This document shows, one piece after another, positions 17,188 to 26,263 of a DNA stretch of 32,000 nucleotides. Source of the stretch: Crocosphaera subtropica ATCC 51142 (GTDB lineage Bacteria > Cyanobacteriota > Cyanobacteriia > Cyanobacteriales > Microcystaceae); NCBI RefSeq assembly GCF_000017845.1, contig NC_010546.1, positions 4,110,001 through 4,142,000 on the forward strand, written 5' to 3'. Under the pieces are notes generated by a model, which was given only the letters and a program-made list of their open reading frames with translations, ran no database searches and was not told the origin of the DNA. Each line of letters begins with the position of its first letter. Position 1 is the stretch's first letter. The position numbers were made by a program, and so were the translations under genes.

Positions 17188-17976
17188 ATGAAAATTGCTA
17201 CTTGGAATGTTAACTCAATTCGTACTAGACAAAGCCATGTTATTAACTGGCTAAGTAATAATTCAATTGACGTTCTTTGTTTACAAGAAACAAAAGTAAT
17301 CGATAAAGATTTTCCGAGAGAACCTTTTGAAGAGTTGGGTTATCATGTTTATATTTATGGACAAAAAGCTTATAATGGTGTCGCTATTTTTAGCCGTCAA
17401 CCGATGACAGACATTATAATGGGATTTACCCCTATGGTTGGGGAAGCGATCGCCCAACAGTTTGATGAACAAAAACGGGTAATTTCAGGGGTTATTGATG
17501 GCATTCGTATTATTAATTTATATGTTCCTAACGGGGCAGCAGTGGGTAGTGAAAAATATCAATATAAGTTACAATGGTTTCAAGTTTTAAAAGTTTATTT
17601 AGATAATTTGATACAAAAAGAATCTCATGAATTATGTATTTGTGGAGATTTTAATATTGCCTTAGAAGATAAAGATATTTATAATTCTAAGGGTAAAGAA
17701 AATCATATTATGTCTTCACCTTTAGAAAGAGAAGCTTTAGAAAATATATTAGAAATAGGGTTACAAGATGCTTTTAGGAAGTTTACTACAGAAGGAGGAC
17801 ATTTTAGCTGGTGGGACTATCGATCAGGGGGATTTCAACGTAATCGTGGATGGCGGATTGATCATCTTTATCTTACTAATAAATTGTATGGAAAAGCAAT
17901 TAATTGTACAATTGATATAGAACCCAGAAAACAGGAAAAGCCTAGTGATCATACCCCTGTAATTCTTGAAATATAA
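17188..17976 (+). CDS. xthA: exodeoxyribonuclease III (AP endonuclease, EEP fold)
   Basis: 262-aa ORF. Contains MKIATWNVNSIR, LCLQETK, YNGVAI, CGDFN, WWDYR, RIDH and SDHTPV, which is the complete ExoIII/Xth motif set. Confidence 0.93.
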   Translation: MKIATWNVNSIRTRQSHVINWLSNNSIDVLCLQETKVIDKDFPREPFEELGYHVYIYGQKAYNGVAIFSRQPMTDIIMGFTPMVGEAIAQQFDEQKRVISGVIDGIRIINLYVPNGAAVGSEKYQYKLQWFQVLKVYLDNLIQKESHELCICGDFNIALEDKDIYNSKGKENHIMSSPLEREALENILEIGLQDAFRKFTTEGGHFSWWDYRSGGFQRNRGWRIDHLYLTNKLYGKAINCTIDIEPRKQEKPSDHTPVILEI

Positions 17977-17996
17977 GTTAAAGTAACTAATAAAAT

Positions 17997-19280
17997 ATGA
18001 ATCAGAAACGCCCCATTGCTGTCGATTTATTTGCTGGTGTTGGAGGAATGACCCTAGGATTTGAACAAGCTGGTTTTGATGTTTTAGCTTCTGTAGAACT
18101 TGATCCTATTCACTGTAGTATTCATCGTTATAATTTCCCTTTTTGGACAACCATTTGTGCTTCAGTAACAAGGATAACTGCTAACCAAATTAGAGAGTTA
18201 TCAAGCATTCAAAATCAACCCATTGACGTTGTATTTGGGGGTCCCCCTTGCCAGGGTTTTTCCCTAATGGGAAAACGGTGTTTAGAAGATGATCGGAATT
18301 CTTTGGTTAAGCATTTTCTTCGCCTAGTAGTGGAGTTACAACCGAAATACTTTGTCATGGAAAATGTCCGAGGGATGGCTATTGGGAAACATCAAATATT
18401 ATTAGAAGAAATTTTTGACGAATTTGTTAAAAATAACTATCGAGTTCAAACAGAGTATAAATTTTTAAACGCTGCTAATTATGGAGTTCCTCAACTGAGA
18501 GAAAGACTTTTTTTGTTAGGAGCAAAACAAGGATTAAAACTACCTAATTACCCTGATTTTGTAACTAAATATAATCAACAAGACAACTTATCGCTTCCTC
18601 TAACTCCAACCGTAAAAGATGCTATTCAAGACTTACCAGAAGTTAATCATTATTCTGAATTAAACCATCGAGATTGGGTAATTGCTAACTATGGAAAACC
18701 TAGTCAATATGTTGAAACTTTGAGGAAATCATCTAACCTAGTTGATGATTATTCCTATCCAAGAATATACAATAAACAACTATTAACTGCTAGTTTAAGA
18801 ACCAAACATACGCAAAAATCTATAGATAGATTTAATAATACGCCTCCAGGAAAAATTGAACCTATTAGCCGATTTTTAAAGTTGCATCCCGACGGTTTTT
18901 GTAATACTTTAAGAGCAGGAACACCGAGTAATCGTGGGGCCCATACATCTCCTCGTCCTATACACCCTTTTACCCCTAGATGTATCACAGTTAGAGAAGC
19001 GGCAAGACTTCATTCATACCCTGATTGGTTTCGATTTCATGTTACAAAATGGCATGGTTTTCGACAAATTGGTAATTCAGTTCCTCCCTTATTAGCAAAA
19101 GCGGTTGCTCAAGAAATTATTAAAGTTCTTGAAAATTCACCCCTTAAACCAACGACCAAATATAAGTTAGAAGTAGAAGAATTATTAAGCTTTAAGATGT
19201 CTGAAGCAGCTAAATACTATAATGTTAGCCAAGATATTATTGGCAAAAGAATTAGAAAAAAAGATAAATTATCTATCTAA
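17997..19280 (+). CDS. dcm: DNA (cytosine-5)-methyltransferase with a C-terminal tail of about 55 aa
   Basis: 427-aa ORF with all C5-MTase motifs: I DLFAGVGGMTLGF, IV GGPPCQGFS (catalytic Cys85, TGC at 18249-18251), VI ENVRGM, VIII QLRERLFLLG, IX TVREAARLHSYPDWF, X GNSVPPLLAKAV. It starts 20 bp after the xthA stop. Confidence 0.93.
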   Translation: MNQKRPIAVDLFAGVGGMTLGFEQAGFDVLASVELDPIHCSIHRYNFPFWTTICASVTRITANQIRELSSIQNQPIDVVFGGPPCQGFSLMGKRCLEDDRNSLVKHFLRLVVELQPKYFVMENVRGMAIGKHQILLEEIFDEFVKNNYRVQTEYKFLNAANYGVPQLRERLFLLGAKQGLKLPNYPDFVTKYNQQDNLSLPLTPTVKDAIQDLPEVNHYSELNHRDWVIANYGKPSQYVETLRKSSNLVDDYSYPRIYNKQLLTASLRTKHTQKSIDRFNNTPPGKIEPISRFLKLHPDGFCNTLRAGTPSNRGAHTSPRPIHPFTPRCITVREAARLHSYPDWFRFHVTKWHGFRQIGNSVPPLLAKAVAQEIIKVLENSPLKPTTKYKLEVEELLSFKMSEAAKYYNVSQDIIGKRIRKKDKLSI

Positions 19281-19286
19281 TTAAAA

Positions 19287-19323
19287 ATGAAATAAATATG
19301 AAAGCACCATGAAATAAATATGA
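19287..19323. repeat. two perfect 15-bp direct repeats ATGAAATAAATATGA spaced 22 bp apart, upstream of mntP
   Basis: Copies lie at 19287-19301 and 19309-19323, in the 104-bp gap between the methyltransferase stop and the mntP start. Confidence 0.6.
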
Positions 19324-19384
19324 CAGCTTAAATTACCAAAATAAGCTATGGTATAGAAGTTTGTGAGCTTTCAATGATTAGATA

Positions 19385-19951
19385 ATGGAATTAGTTAACA
19401 TAACTTGTTTAGGATTAGGGTTAGCTGCTGATGCGTTTGCTGTCTCTTTAAGTAGTGGTTTTGTCATTCAAAGAATCAAATTCAATAAAGCTTTGAAAAT
19501 TGCTTTATTTTTTGGTATCTTTCAAGCGATCATGCCCTTAATTGGTTGGTTAACCGGGTTATCTTTTCGGGAGTTTATGACTAATATTGATCATTGGATC
19601 GCCTTTATTCTCTTACTAGGTATTGGTAGCAAAATGATCTATGAAGCTTATAAAGAGATGGATGACGATGATAAATTTAACCCCTTAGATACTTATACTT
19701 TATTGGCCTTAGCCATTGCTACCAGTATTGATGCCCTGGCCGCAGGACTAGGATTATCCTTATTAAAAACCTCTATATTGTTACCCTGTACTCTTATTGG
19801 TTTAATTACATTTGTCTTATCCTTTATTGGTGTGTTTATCGGTCATAAATTTGGCAGTATTTTTAATAAAAAAATTGAAATCATTGGCGGTTTAACCCTA
19901 ATTATAATCGGGAGTAAAATCCTTATTGAAGACTTAATTAAACCAATTTAA
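19385..19951 (+). CDS. mntP: manganese efflux pump MntP (DUF204 family)
   Basis: 188-aa polytopic membrane ORF. Contains the duplicated DUF204 signature (GLGLAADAFAVSLSSG ... IATSIDALAAGLGLS) and an acidic central loop. Confidence 0.82.
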   Translation: MELVNITCLGLGLAADAFAVSLSSGFVIQRIKFNKALKIALFFGIFQAIMPLIGWLTGLSFREFMTNIDHWIAFILLLGIGSKMIYEAYKEMDDDDKFNPLDTYTLLALAIATSIDALAAGLGLSLLKTSILLPCTLIGLITFVLSFIGVFIGHKFGSIFNKKIEIIGGLTLIIIGSKILIEDLIKPI

Positions 19952-20003
19952 GGATCTTATGATAACCTAGGGACTTAAAAGTGTCGCTAGGGAACTTAGT
20001 CCA

Positions 20004-20684
20004 GTGTCCAAACAAAAATCAGGAATTATCCTCTTACTCGTCTTTTGTATTGCTGTAACCATTATTGGTATTGTTCTTTTACGGGAACTAGACCCAGAAA
20101 AGTTGCAAGTTTGGTTAGCAGAAATGGGCATTTGGGCCCCCATTCTCTATATGATTCTCTATACTCTTGCTACCCTATTTATCTTGCCTTCTACCCCTCT
20201 AAATTTAACCGGTGGTGTCTTATTTGGTATTTGGTGGGGAACCCTCTGGACAACCCTAGCAGCCCTTTTAGCTGCGATTATGGCCTTTGCTTTTACCCGT
20301 ACTATTGGCCGGGACTATATGAGTCGTAAACTAGCAGGAAAATGGGAAGCCATTAACGCAGAAATGTATCACGGTGGCTTATTTTATATGATAGCGATTC
20401 GTTTAATGCCTATTATTCCTTATGGGATTGTCAATTTTGCTGCCGGACTGACTTCTATCCGTTTCCGAGATTATTTTGTCGGAACTACCATCGGGACTTT
20501 ACCCGGTATTTTACCTTTTGTGATGATGGGGGCAGGTTTTCAATCCCTTTCTCAAGGAGATATTATGCCCTTATTATTTTCCCTTGCTTTGACTGGTATT
20601 TTAGTTGGAGGAGGGACTTGGTATAGTCGTCGTCGTCAATTTCCTAAAAAAAAGGCTGAAAAAGCGACTCATGATCATCATTAA
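20004..20684 (+). CDS. TVP38/TMEM64 (DedA-related, SNARE-associated) family membrane protein
   Basis: 226-aa ORF with a GTG start. Multi-TM, with the family-typical segments PLNLTGGVLFGIWWGT...FAFTRTIGRDY and RLMPIIPYGIVNFAAGLT. Confidence 0.78.
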   Translation: MSKQKSGIILLLVFCIAVTIIGIVLLRELDPEKLQVWLAEMGIWAPILYMILYTLATLFILPSTPLNLTGGVLFGIWWGTLWTTLAALLAAIMAFAFTRTIGRDYMSRKLAGKWEAINAEMYHGGLFYMIAIRLMPIIPYGIVNFAAGLTSIRFRDYFVGTTIGTLPGILPFVMMGAGFQSLSQGDIMPLLFSLALTGILVGGGTWYSRRRQFPKKKAEKATHDHH

Positions 20685-20704
20685 TGATGATGATTAGATT
20701 TATT

Positions 20705-21967
20705 TTATAGTAGCTTATTGAGTTGATTGAGTTTTTTAATAGGCTTTTTCATTGATAATAATAGTTCTTCGTATCTTTCTAAAATAGGCTCAAAGTTATA
20801 CACTTGTTTAGCATACTCTCGGCCTTTTTCTCCTAAAGACTTAACCAATTGAGGGTTTAAATACAAGTGTTCTATAGCTGAAGCTAAAGCTTCAGAATCT
20901 TCTGGGGGAACCACTAACCCCCCACCACTTTTTTCAATGGCCCTAGCTGCGGTTCCATTAGCAGGAACTGAGGCAATAATCGCCCGTCCACTGGCTAATA
21001 GCAGTTGAATTTTAGACGGCATATTAAAAGAAATTACATTATGCTTTTGCATGACCATGCCTACATTAGCTGCTGCTAACATTTCCGGTAATTTATGTCT
21101 AGGTTGAAAGGGTTTTAAAATGACATTGGTTGCTTTCTTTCGATGACAGTATCTTTCTAATCGTTCTAAGGCTTCTTGTTTTCCTACAATAACAATAGCT
21201 ATGTCCTCAATATGATTTAATTGAACGGCTGCGTCAATTAAAATTTCTAGCGGTTGAGTTAAAGCAATATTTCCCGAATAAAGAACCACAAATTTACCGT
21301 TTAAATTATTTTCTTCACGAAAATAGTTCTTTTCTTGATCAAGAGGTTTAATAAAGTTGATATCTACCCAATTAGGAATTTCTATAATTTTTTCTCTGGG
21401 AACTTTTTTTCCTAAAAGATTTTCTGTAAATCCATCACTAATTACACTAATTTTTGTAGCCGTTTTATAAGCAAAATTTTCTAACCATGTAAACAATCGA
21501 ATCATTTTAGGATTACGAATGAGTCCCACATGAACGGCTGCATCTGGTAGAATATCTTGTAAATTCAAAACAATTGGTGTTTGGTATAACCAACTGAGAA
21601 TAGCCGCTGGAACACACACCGGTAAGCCAGGAATAGTGAGAAAAATGACATCAGGACGAGATCCATTTAAAACCTGAAAAAAACTCAAAATAACAAAACT
21701 AATCTCAAATAAAGCCCGATTTTTGAAATTTCTTTGACGAGAGATCCAGACAAAACTCCGTTGAATTTTGACTCCATTACGTTCCTCGGTTAAATATAAT
21801 TTGCCTCGATAGTCTGGAGAAATTTCACTATTAGGATACCAAGGCATGGCTGTAACCACTCGCACAGTATGTCCTTTTTTTGCTAACCCTTCAGCTAACT
21901 CTGTCATTAAAGGGGCAATACCAATGGGTTCGGGATGATAATTATACGAGTAAATAAGGATGCGCAT
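20705..21967 (-). CDS. glycosyltransferase family 4 (WcaI-like)
   Basis: 420-aa ORF. N-terminus MRILIYSYNYHPEPIGIAPLMTELAEGLAKKGHTVRVVT is typical of WcaI-type GT4 enzymes. The C-terminal half is a GT-B Glycos_transf_1 domain. Confidence 0.85.
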   Translation of the reverse strand: MRILIYSYNYHPEPIGIAPLMTELAEGLAKKGHTVRVVTAMPWYPNSEISPDYRGKLYLTEERNGVKIQRSFVWISRQRNFKNRALFEISFVILSFFQVLNGSRPDVIFLTIPGLPVCVPAAILSWLYQTPIVLNLQDILPDAAVHVGLIRNPKMIRLFTWLENFAYKTATKISVISDGFTENLLGKKVPREKIIEIPNWVDINFIKPLDQEKNYFREENNLNGKFVVLYSGNIALTQPLEILIDAAVQLNHIEDIAIVIVGKQEALERLERYCHRKKATNVILKPFQPRHKLPEMLAAANVGMVMQKHNVISFNMPSKIQLLLASGRAIIASVPANGTAARAIEKSGGGLVVPPEDSEALASAIEHLYLNPQLVKSLGEKGREYAKQVYNFEPILERYEELLLSMKKPIKKLNQLNKLL

Positions 21968-22236
21968 ATCCTGATGATTAAAATTAAAATAAGGTAAACA
22001 AATTTATATTTGAGGAATTTTATGACCTACTAGCTGTTAATCATGTTAATCATAAAGTATCTTGACTAAATGTAAGCATATATTCATACCTAATTTCCTA
22101 TATTCAAACCGAATAAATCCTAAAGGTCAAGAGATTGATTTTCCCAGTTAGTCTCTACTAACTCAGAAAACTTAAACAAGAAATCCCTAAAAATGGTTAA
22201 GATAGAGAATAGGCGACCCACTTCCCAGTGCGATTC

Positions 22237-23472
22237 ATGACAGTATCTTCTGATAATTATCCTAAAGCGTTAATTCGTCCCGTCCAATATCGGGATCTTG
22301 ACTGGTTAGAAGCGATGACCACTCCAACTAACCAGATGGCTAAAAATTCAGCCTCTTTTCAAGAACAACTGCAACAAGTCAGGCGTTGGTTTGCACTCCT
22401 CAAGTTTCTTAGCTGGTTTCCCAACAGCTTCCAAGATCATTTTCGTGTTTATGTTGCCGAACTCCCCCAAGAGTCCGGTCAGAGTTTAAAAGGGTTTATC
22501 CACATCTCCCCTTTCAATCGAGGACGCAGTACCTGGCGTGTCGAACGGGTCATGGTTGCTTGTGATGAAGGACAACCAGAATTATTAACTAATCCTAAAG
22601 GTATCGGTTCTCAACTATTACGTTATTGTTTAGAAAAGGTTTGGGAGGCAAGAACTTGGGTTTTAGAGGTTAATATTAATGAAAAAAATACCCTAGCTTT
22701 ATATCGTCAAAATGGTTTTCAACCCTTAGCACAGTTAACCTATTGGTTATTAGATTCACAATTATTAGAAACTTTAGCCCAACACAATTCTGAGTTACCC
22801 AATTTACTGCCAGTTAGTAATGCTGATGCCCATTTATTATATCAACTGGATTGTGTGTCTATGCCTCCCCTACTTAGGCAAGTTTTTGATCGTAATCCAC
22901 AAGATTTTAAAACACGTTTTTTCGCAGGGTTATGTTCAAAATGGCAGCAATGGTTTAATGAAAAAGAAGTGGCACAAGGGTATGTTTTTGAACCTCAAAG
23001 AAAAGCAGCTATTGGCTATTTCAAATTAACCCTTTCTAAAGATGGTTCCCAACCTCATCAGGCACAGTTGATTGTTCATCCTGCCTATACTTGGCTTTAT
23101 CCTAACTTGTTGGGACAAATGGCACAAATTGTCCAAAAATATCCTAGTCAAAATTTAGAATTAGTATCAGCAGACTATCAACACGAACGGGAAGAATACC
23201 TAGAAAAATTAGGCGCTAATCCTATCGAACATACCTTACTCATGTCTCGTTCTGTTTGGCATAAACTGAAAGAAACTAAACCCGAAGGACTCCACCTATC
23301 AGAGATGTTACAAGGGTTACAAGCTGTCCCTCGTACTCCTATCCCTACTCGTTTCTCCTGGCTTAAAAAACCTGTTACTCTGTCAGAAAAAAATAAAATA
23401 AATCCTCAACACCATCATCAGAAAAATGAGAATAATTCCTTAGAATCTTCAGAAAAAATAGATTACGATTAA
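22237..23472 (+). CDS. two-domain GNAT-family N-acetyltransferase-like protein
   Basis: The N-terminal half has GNAT motif A/B-like segments (GIGSQLLRYCLEKV...NEKNTLALYRQNGFQP). The C-terminal half looks like a second, degenerate GNAT-like fold. The tail is low-complexity and His-rich. The ATG at 22237 is preferred over the GTG at 22228. Confidence 0.65.
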   Translation: MTVSSDNYPKALIRPVQYRDLDWLEAMTTPTNQMAKNSASFQEQLQQVRRWFALLKFLSWFPNSFQDHFRVYVAELPQESGQSLKGFIHISPFNRGRSTWRVERVMVACDEGQPELLTNPKGIGSQLLRYCLEKVWEARTWVLEVNINEKNTLALYRQNGFQPLAQLTYWLLDSQLLETLAQHNSELPNLLPVSNADAHLLYQLDCVSMPPLLRQVFDRNPQDFKTRFFAGLCSKWQQWFNEKEVAQGYVFEPQRKAAIGYFKLTLSKDGSQPHQAQLIVHPAYTWLYPNLLGQMAQIVQKYPSQNLELVSADYQHEREEYLEKLGANPIEHTLLMSRSVWHKLKETKPEGLHLSEMLQGLQAVPRTPIPTRFSWLKKPVTLSEKNKINPQHHHQKNENNSLESSEKIDYD

Positions 23473-23569
23473 TTTATAGTAGTTGTCATACTTATGAGGT
23501 AGAGAGGTGATGGTTGTAAGGTAGCAGTTAGGGGGATCTCATAAGTCTGAATAAATATGATATGAAATT

Positions 23570-24016
23570 TTAATAACCAGTATAATCGTAAAGATTGGGA
23601 ACCTCGTTTTTAGCGTTTAAAGTATAACAATGTCTTCCTTGGGGATGATACCAAAATTTGTCTAGTCTTCGATAAAAGTCATCTTTTTTTCTATTTGTTT
23701 GACTATCAGTTTCAAAGTTTGCACAAAGTTCATACTGAGTCCTATCAATAATATTATATTCATAGGATTGTTTCGTAATGGGATCTAATGTATAGTCCCT
23801 ATCAGGAAGAAATTTAGGGATATCTGAATTGTTTTTACTTGTAGAGGTTTCCCGACGAATAAATTCAGCAATTTCGTGTAAATTTTCTACTCTTCTTTGA
23901 TCCCCTTTTAAACTTCGCTGTAACTGAGGTGAACCTAATAACCAAAATCCTGTAACAATACCAATCGTAATCACCAAAATAGATAACCAAAGAAAAAAAC
24001 GATTAAGGGATTTCAT
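23570..24016 (-). CDS. small single-pass membrane/exported protein, unknown function
   Basis: The likely start is MKSLNRFFLWLSILVITIGIVTGFWLL (ATG at 24016-24014), which overlaps the upstream stop as ATGA. The C-terminal domain contains DPITKQSYEY...YELCANF...GRHCY (two Cys). Confidence 0.6.
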   Translation of the reverse strand: MKSLNRFFLWLSILVITIGIVTGFWLLGSPQLQRSLKGDQRRVENLHEIAEFIRRETSTSKNNSDIPKFLPDRDYTLDPITKQSYEYNIIDRTQYELCANFETDSQTNRKKDDFYRRLDKFWYHPQGRHCYTLNAKNEVPNLYDYTGY

Positions 24017-24678
24017 GCTGTAATTAACTCTTTTCTCAACCACAGTAAATAATAACAAAAAATACTACCCGCAATTAATAACACAATAAGGGATTTATAG
24101 ATAAATCCTAATGTTAATGCTCCTGTTAATAAAGATGTTAAAAACCACACTAAATCACCAATCACAATCAAAGCAGTAATAAATAAAGCGATATAAGTTA
24201 ACCATTTTCTAATCCCTGATTGATAATTTTGAGACTGTTCTTCTAAATTAGAAAAAATAATTTTCATTAACAGTAAATAAACAGGATAAACGATTATTAA
24301 TCGTGCTAAATTGGAAGCTAAATTGCTAAACCATCGAGAACGATCCAAAGGATCATCAATTATATAATCAACCGCAATAAACCCAATTGCTCCTAATGCT
24401 TGACTCCAGATACCTAAAGTAACAAATGATAGTAAATACAAGAAGGTTTCTTTTGCCGATTCTGCCCGAAGTTTGTTAGGAACTGGAATCGAAACTCCAA
24501 TAATTTTTTCAAAAGCATGGGTAAATGCTAAGTCAATATCTTGGGTAGACCATCCTTTATTCTTTAAAAGTTTATAAATCATTTCATCGGATATACCTTG
24601 ATTTCTAGCAGATTCGATAAAATGACTAATAGATTCAATGGTAGAATTCTTGTTATTGTTAGAGGGATTATTAGACAT
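24013..24678 (-). CDS. DUF5671-like integral membrane protein
   Basis: 221-aa ORF. It has a small soluble N-terminal helical domain (GISDEMIYKLLKNKGWSTQDIDLAF) followed by about 4 TM helices. The last pair (IRKWLTYIALFITALIVIGDLVWFLTSLLTG...LIVLLIAGSIFCYYLLW) resembles DUF5671 as I remember it. Confidence 0.6.
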   Translation of the reverse strand: MSNNPSNNNKNSTIESISHFIESARNQGISDEMIYKLLKNKGWSTQDIDLAFTHAFEKIIGVSIPVPNKLRAESAKETFLYLLSFVTLGIWSQALGAIGFIAVDYIIDDPLDRSRWFSNLASNLARLIIVYPVYLLLMKIIFSNLEEQSQNYQSGIRKWLTYIALFITALIVIGDLVWFLTSLLTGALTLGFIYKSLIVLLIAGSIFCYYLLWLRKELITA

Positions 24679-24700
24679 AAATTAACTTCTTGATAAACGT

Positions 24701-26263
24701 TTAAAAATTCTCATCTTCAATTTCCTCATCCCTCAAATCCTCTAAATCTTTACCAAACTTTTGTTGGGGAGGAATAGCCGCAATAATGGCATCAATCACC
24801 TTACCCACTGGTACAATTTCTATGCCAATATCATCAGCAAAACTCTGTCCTTTGGGAACGATCGCCCGTTTAAATCCTAACTTAGCCGCTTCTTTTAACC
24901 GTAATTCCATTTGCGCCACTAACCGAACTTGTCCCCCTAACCCCACTTCTCCAATTAATACGGTTCTGGGGTCCACTACCCTATCCCTAAAACTAGCCAC
25001 AACAGCGATGGCCACCCCTAAATCAGCGGCCGGTTCTTCTACCCCTAAACCCCCCGCAGAAGCCACATAAGCGTCTAATTTAGATAAAGGTATCCCCACC
25101 CGTTTCTCTAACACCGCTAAAATTTGCTGTAAGCGACTGTATTCCACTCCCGTAGTAGAACGACGAGGGGACGCATAGCTAGTGGGACTGACTAACGCTT
25201 GTAACTCCACCACAATGGGTCGGGTTCCTTCACAAGCGACAACAGTAGCGGTTCCGGGGACAAACTCATCTCGGTTGCCTAAAAATAATTCTGAGGGGTT
25301 CTCTACTTCCACTAACCCATGTTCAGCCATTTCAAAAATACCGATTTCGTGGGTCGCCCCAAAACGATTTTTAACCGACCTTAAGAGACGATGAGACGCA
25401 TAGCGATCGCCTTCAAAATACAGTACCGTGTCCACTAAATGTTCTAACACCCTGGGCCCTGCGATCGCCCCTTCTTTGGTGACATGACCGACAATAAAGA
25501 GGGTAATATTATCCCGTTTAGCTACCTGCATTAAAGCTGAGGTACATTCTCTAACCTGGGCCACCGAACCCGGCGCAGAGGTCAAGGCAGCAAAGTATAG
25601 GGTTTGAATACTATCAATAATGGCCACTTGGGGTTGTAGAGATTCTAATTCCCTTAAAATCTCTTCTAAGTCTGTTTCAGGGAGAATAAAAAGATTCGCT
25701 TTATCTGGGTCGTCTTCTTTCTTTTTAGCAACTTTGCCGTTCCCATTTTTACCATTATTTTCTGCTGTTTTAGATTCCGTAACACTGCTGGCTTCTGCCA
25801 CTCCTAAACGAGAAGCCCTTAACTTAATTTGCTGGCCCGATTCTTCTGCTGAAACGTATAAAATACGGGGTAATCTTTGGGATAATTGGTTAGCAGTTTG
25901 TAATAATAACGTTGATTTACCAATGCCGGGATCTCCCCCAATTAAAACCAACGAACCAGGAACCACACCTCCCCCTAACACTCGGTCTAACTCTCCATAA
26001 CCAGATTGAAAGCGGGCTTGTTCTTCTTCTGTAATATCGTTAAAAGAGACAGAAATGCGAGGTTTTGGGGCAACATTAGGACGATAATCCGTTCGGGCAT
26101 TCGATTGCCAACCCCCTCTAGCAACTCCCACAGGGGAATTGGAGGTGCTTACCATTTGCTCTTCTAGAGTTCCATAGGCCTGACAAGCCTCACACTTACC
26201 AAACCACTGAACCGACTCGGCCCCACAAGCACTACAAATGTAAATTGTTCGTGTTTTAGCCAT
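24701..26263 (-). CDS. radA: DNA repair protein RadA/Sms
   Basis: 520-aa ORF. Contains an N-terminal Zn ribbon (CSACGAESVQWFGKCEAC), Walker A GDPGIGKST, the KNRFG motif and a Lon-protease-like C-terminal domain. A Lys/Asn/Gly-rich low-complexity insertion is present (SVTESKTAENNGKNGNGKVAKKKEDDPDKA). Confidence 0.95.
   Translation of the reverse strand: MAKTRTIYICSACGAESVQWFGKCEACQAYGTLEEQMVSTSNSPVGVARGGWQSNARTDYRPNVAPKPRISVSFNDITEEEQARFQSGYGELDRVLGGGVVPGSLVLIGGDPGIGKSTLLLQTANQLSQRLPRILYVSAEESGQQIKLRASRLGVAEASSVTESKTAENNGKNGNGKVAKKKEDDPDKANLFILPETDLEEILRELESLQPQVAIIDSIQTLYFAALTSAPGSVAQVRECTSALMQVAKRDNITLFIVGHVTKEGAIAGPRVLEHLVDTVLYFEGDRYASHRLLRSVKNRFGATHEIGIFEMAEHGLVEVENPSELFLGNRDEFVPGTATVVACEGTRPIVVELQALVSPTSYASPRRSTTGVEYSRLQQILAVLEKRVGIPLSKLDAYVASAGGLGVEEPAADLGVAIAVVASFRDRVVDPRTVLIGEVGLGGQVRLVAQMELRLKEAAKLGFKRAIVPKGQSFADDIGIEIVPVGKVIDAIIAAIPPQQKFGKDLEDLRDEEIEDENF

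Noticed and set aside
19281-19384. yybP-ykoY manganese riboswitch upstream of mntP
   Set aside because: The gap is only 104 bp and very AT-rich. I could not find the conserved G-rich four-way-junction core sequences of that riboswitch. Only the 15-bp direct repeats stand out.
17188-19951. Type II restriction-modification system around the C5 methyltransferase
   Set aside because: The flanking genes are a canonical ExoIII (all EEP motifs present) and MntP. No unassigned ORF of endonuclease size exists within several kb, so the methyltransferase is treated as solitary.
23490-23546. 9-bp inverted repeat ACTTATGAG / CTCATAAGT with a 39-nt loop between convergent genes
   Set aside because: The stem is short relative to the loop and there is no U-tract. 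It is probably a weak or fortuitous structure and is not worth calling as a terminator.
24786-26000. Three + strand ORFs (24786-25070, 25182-25394, 25620-26000) inside radA
   Set aside because: All are antisense to the well-conserved RadA frame in the most GC-rich gene of the window, where long stop-free antisense frames are expected. The translations are Pro/Ser/Thr-rich with no domains.
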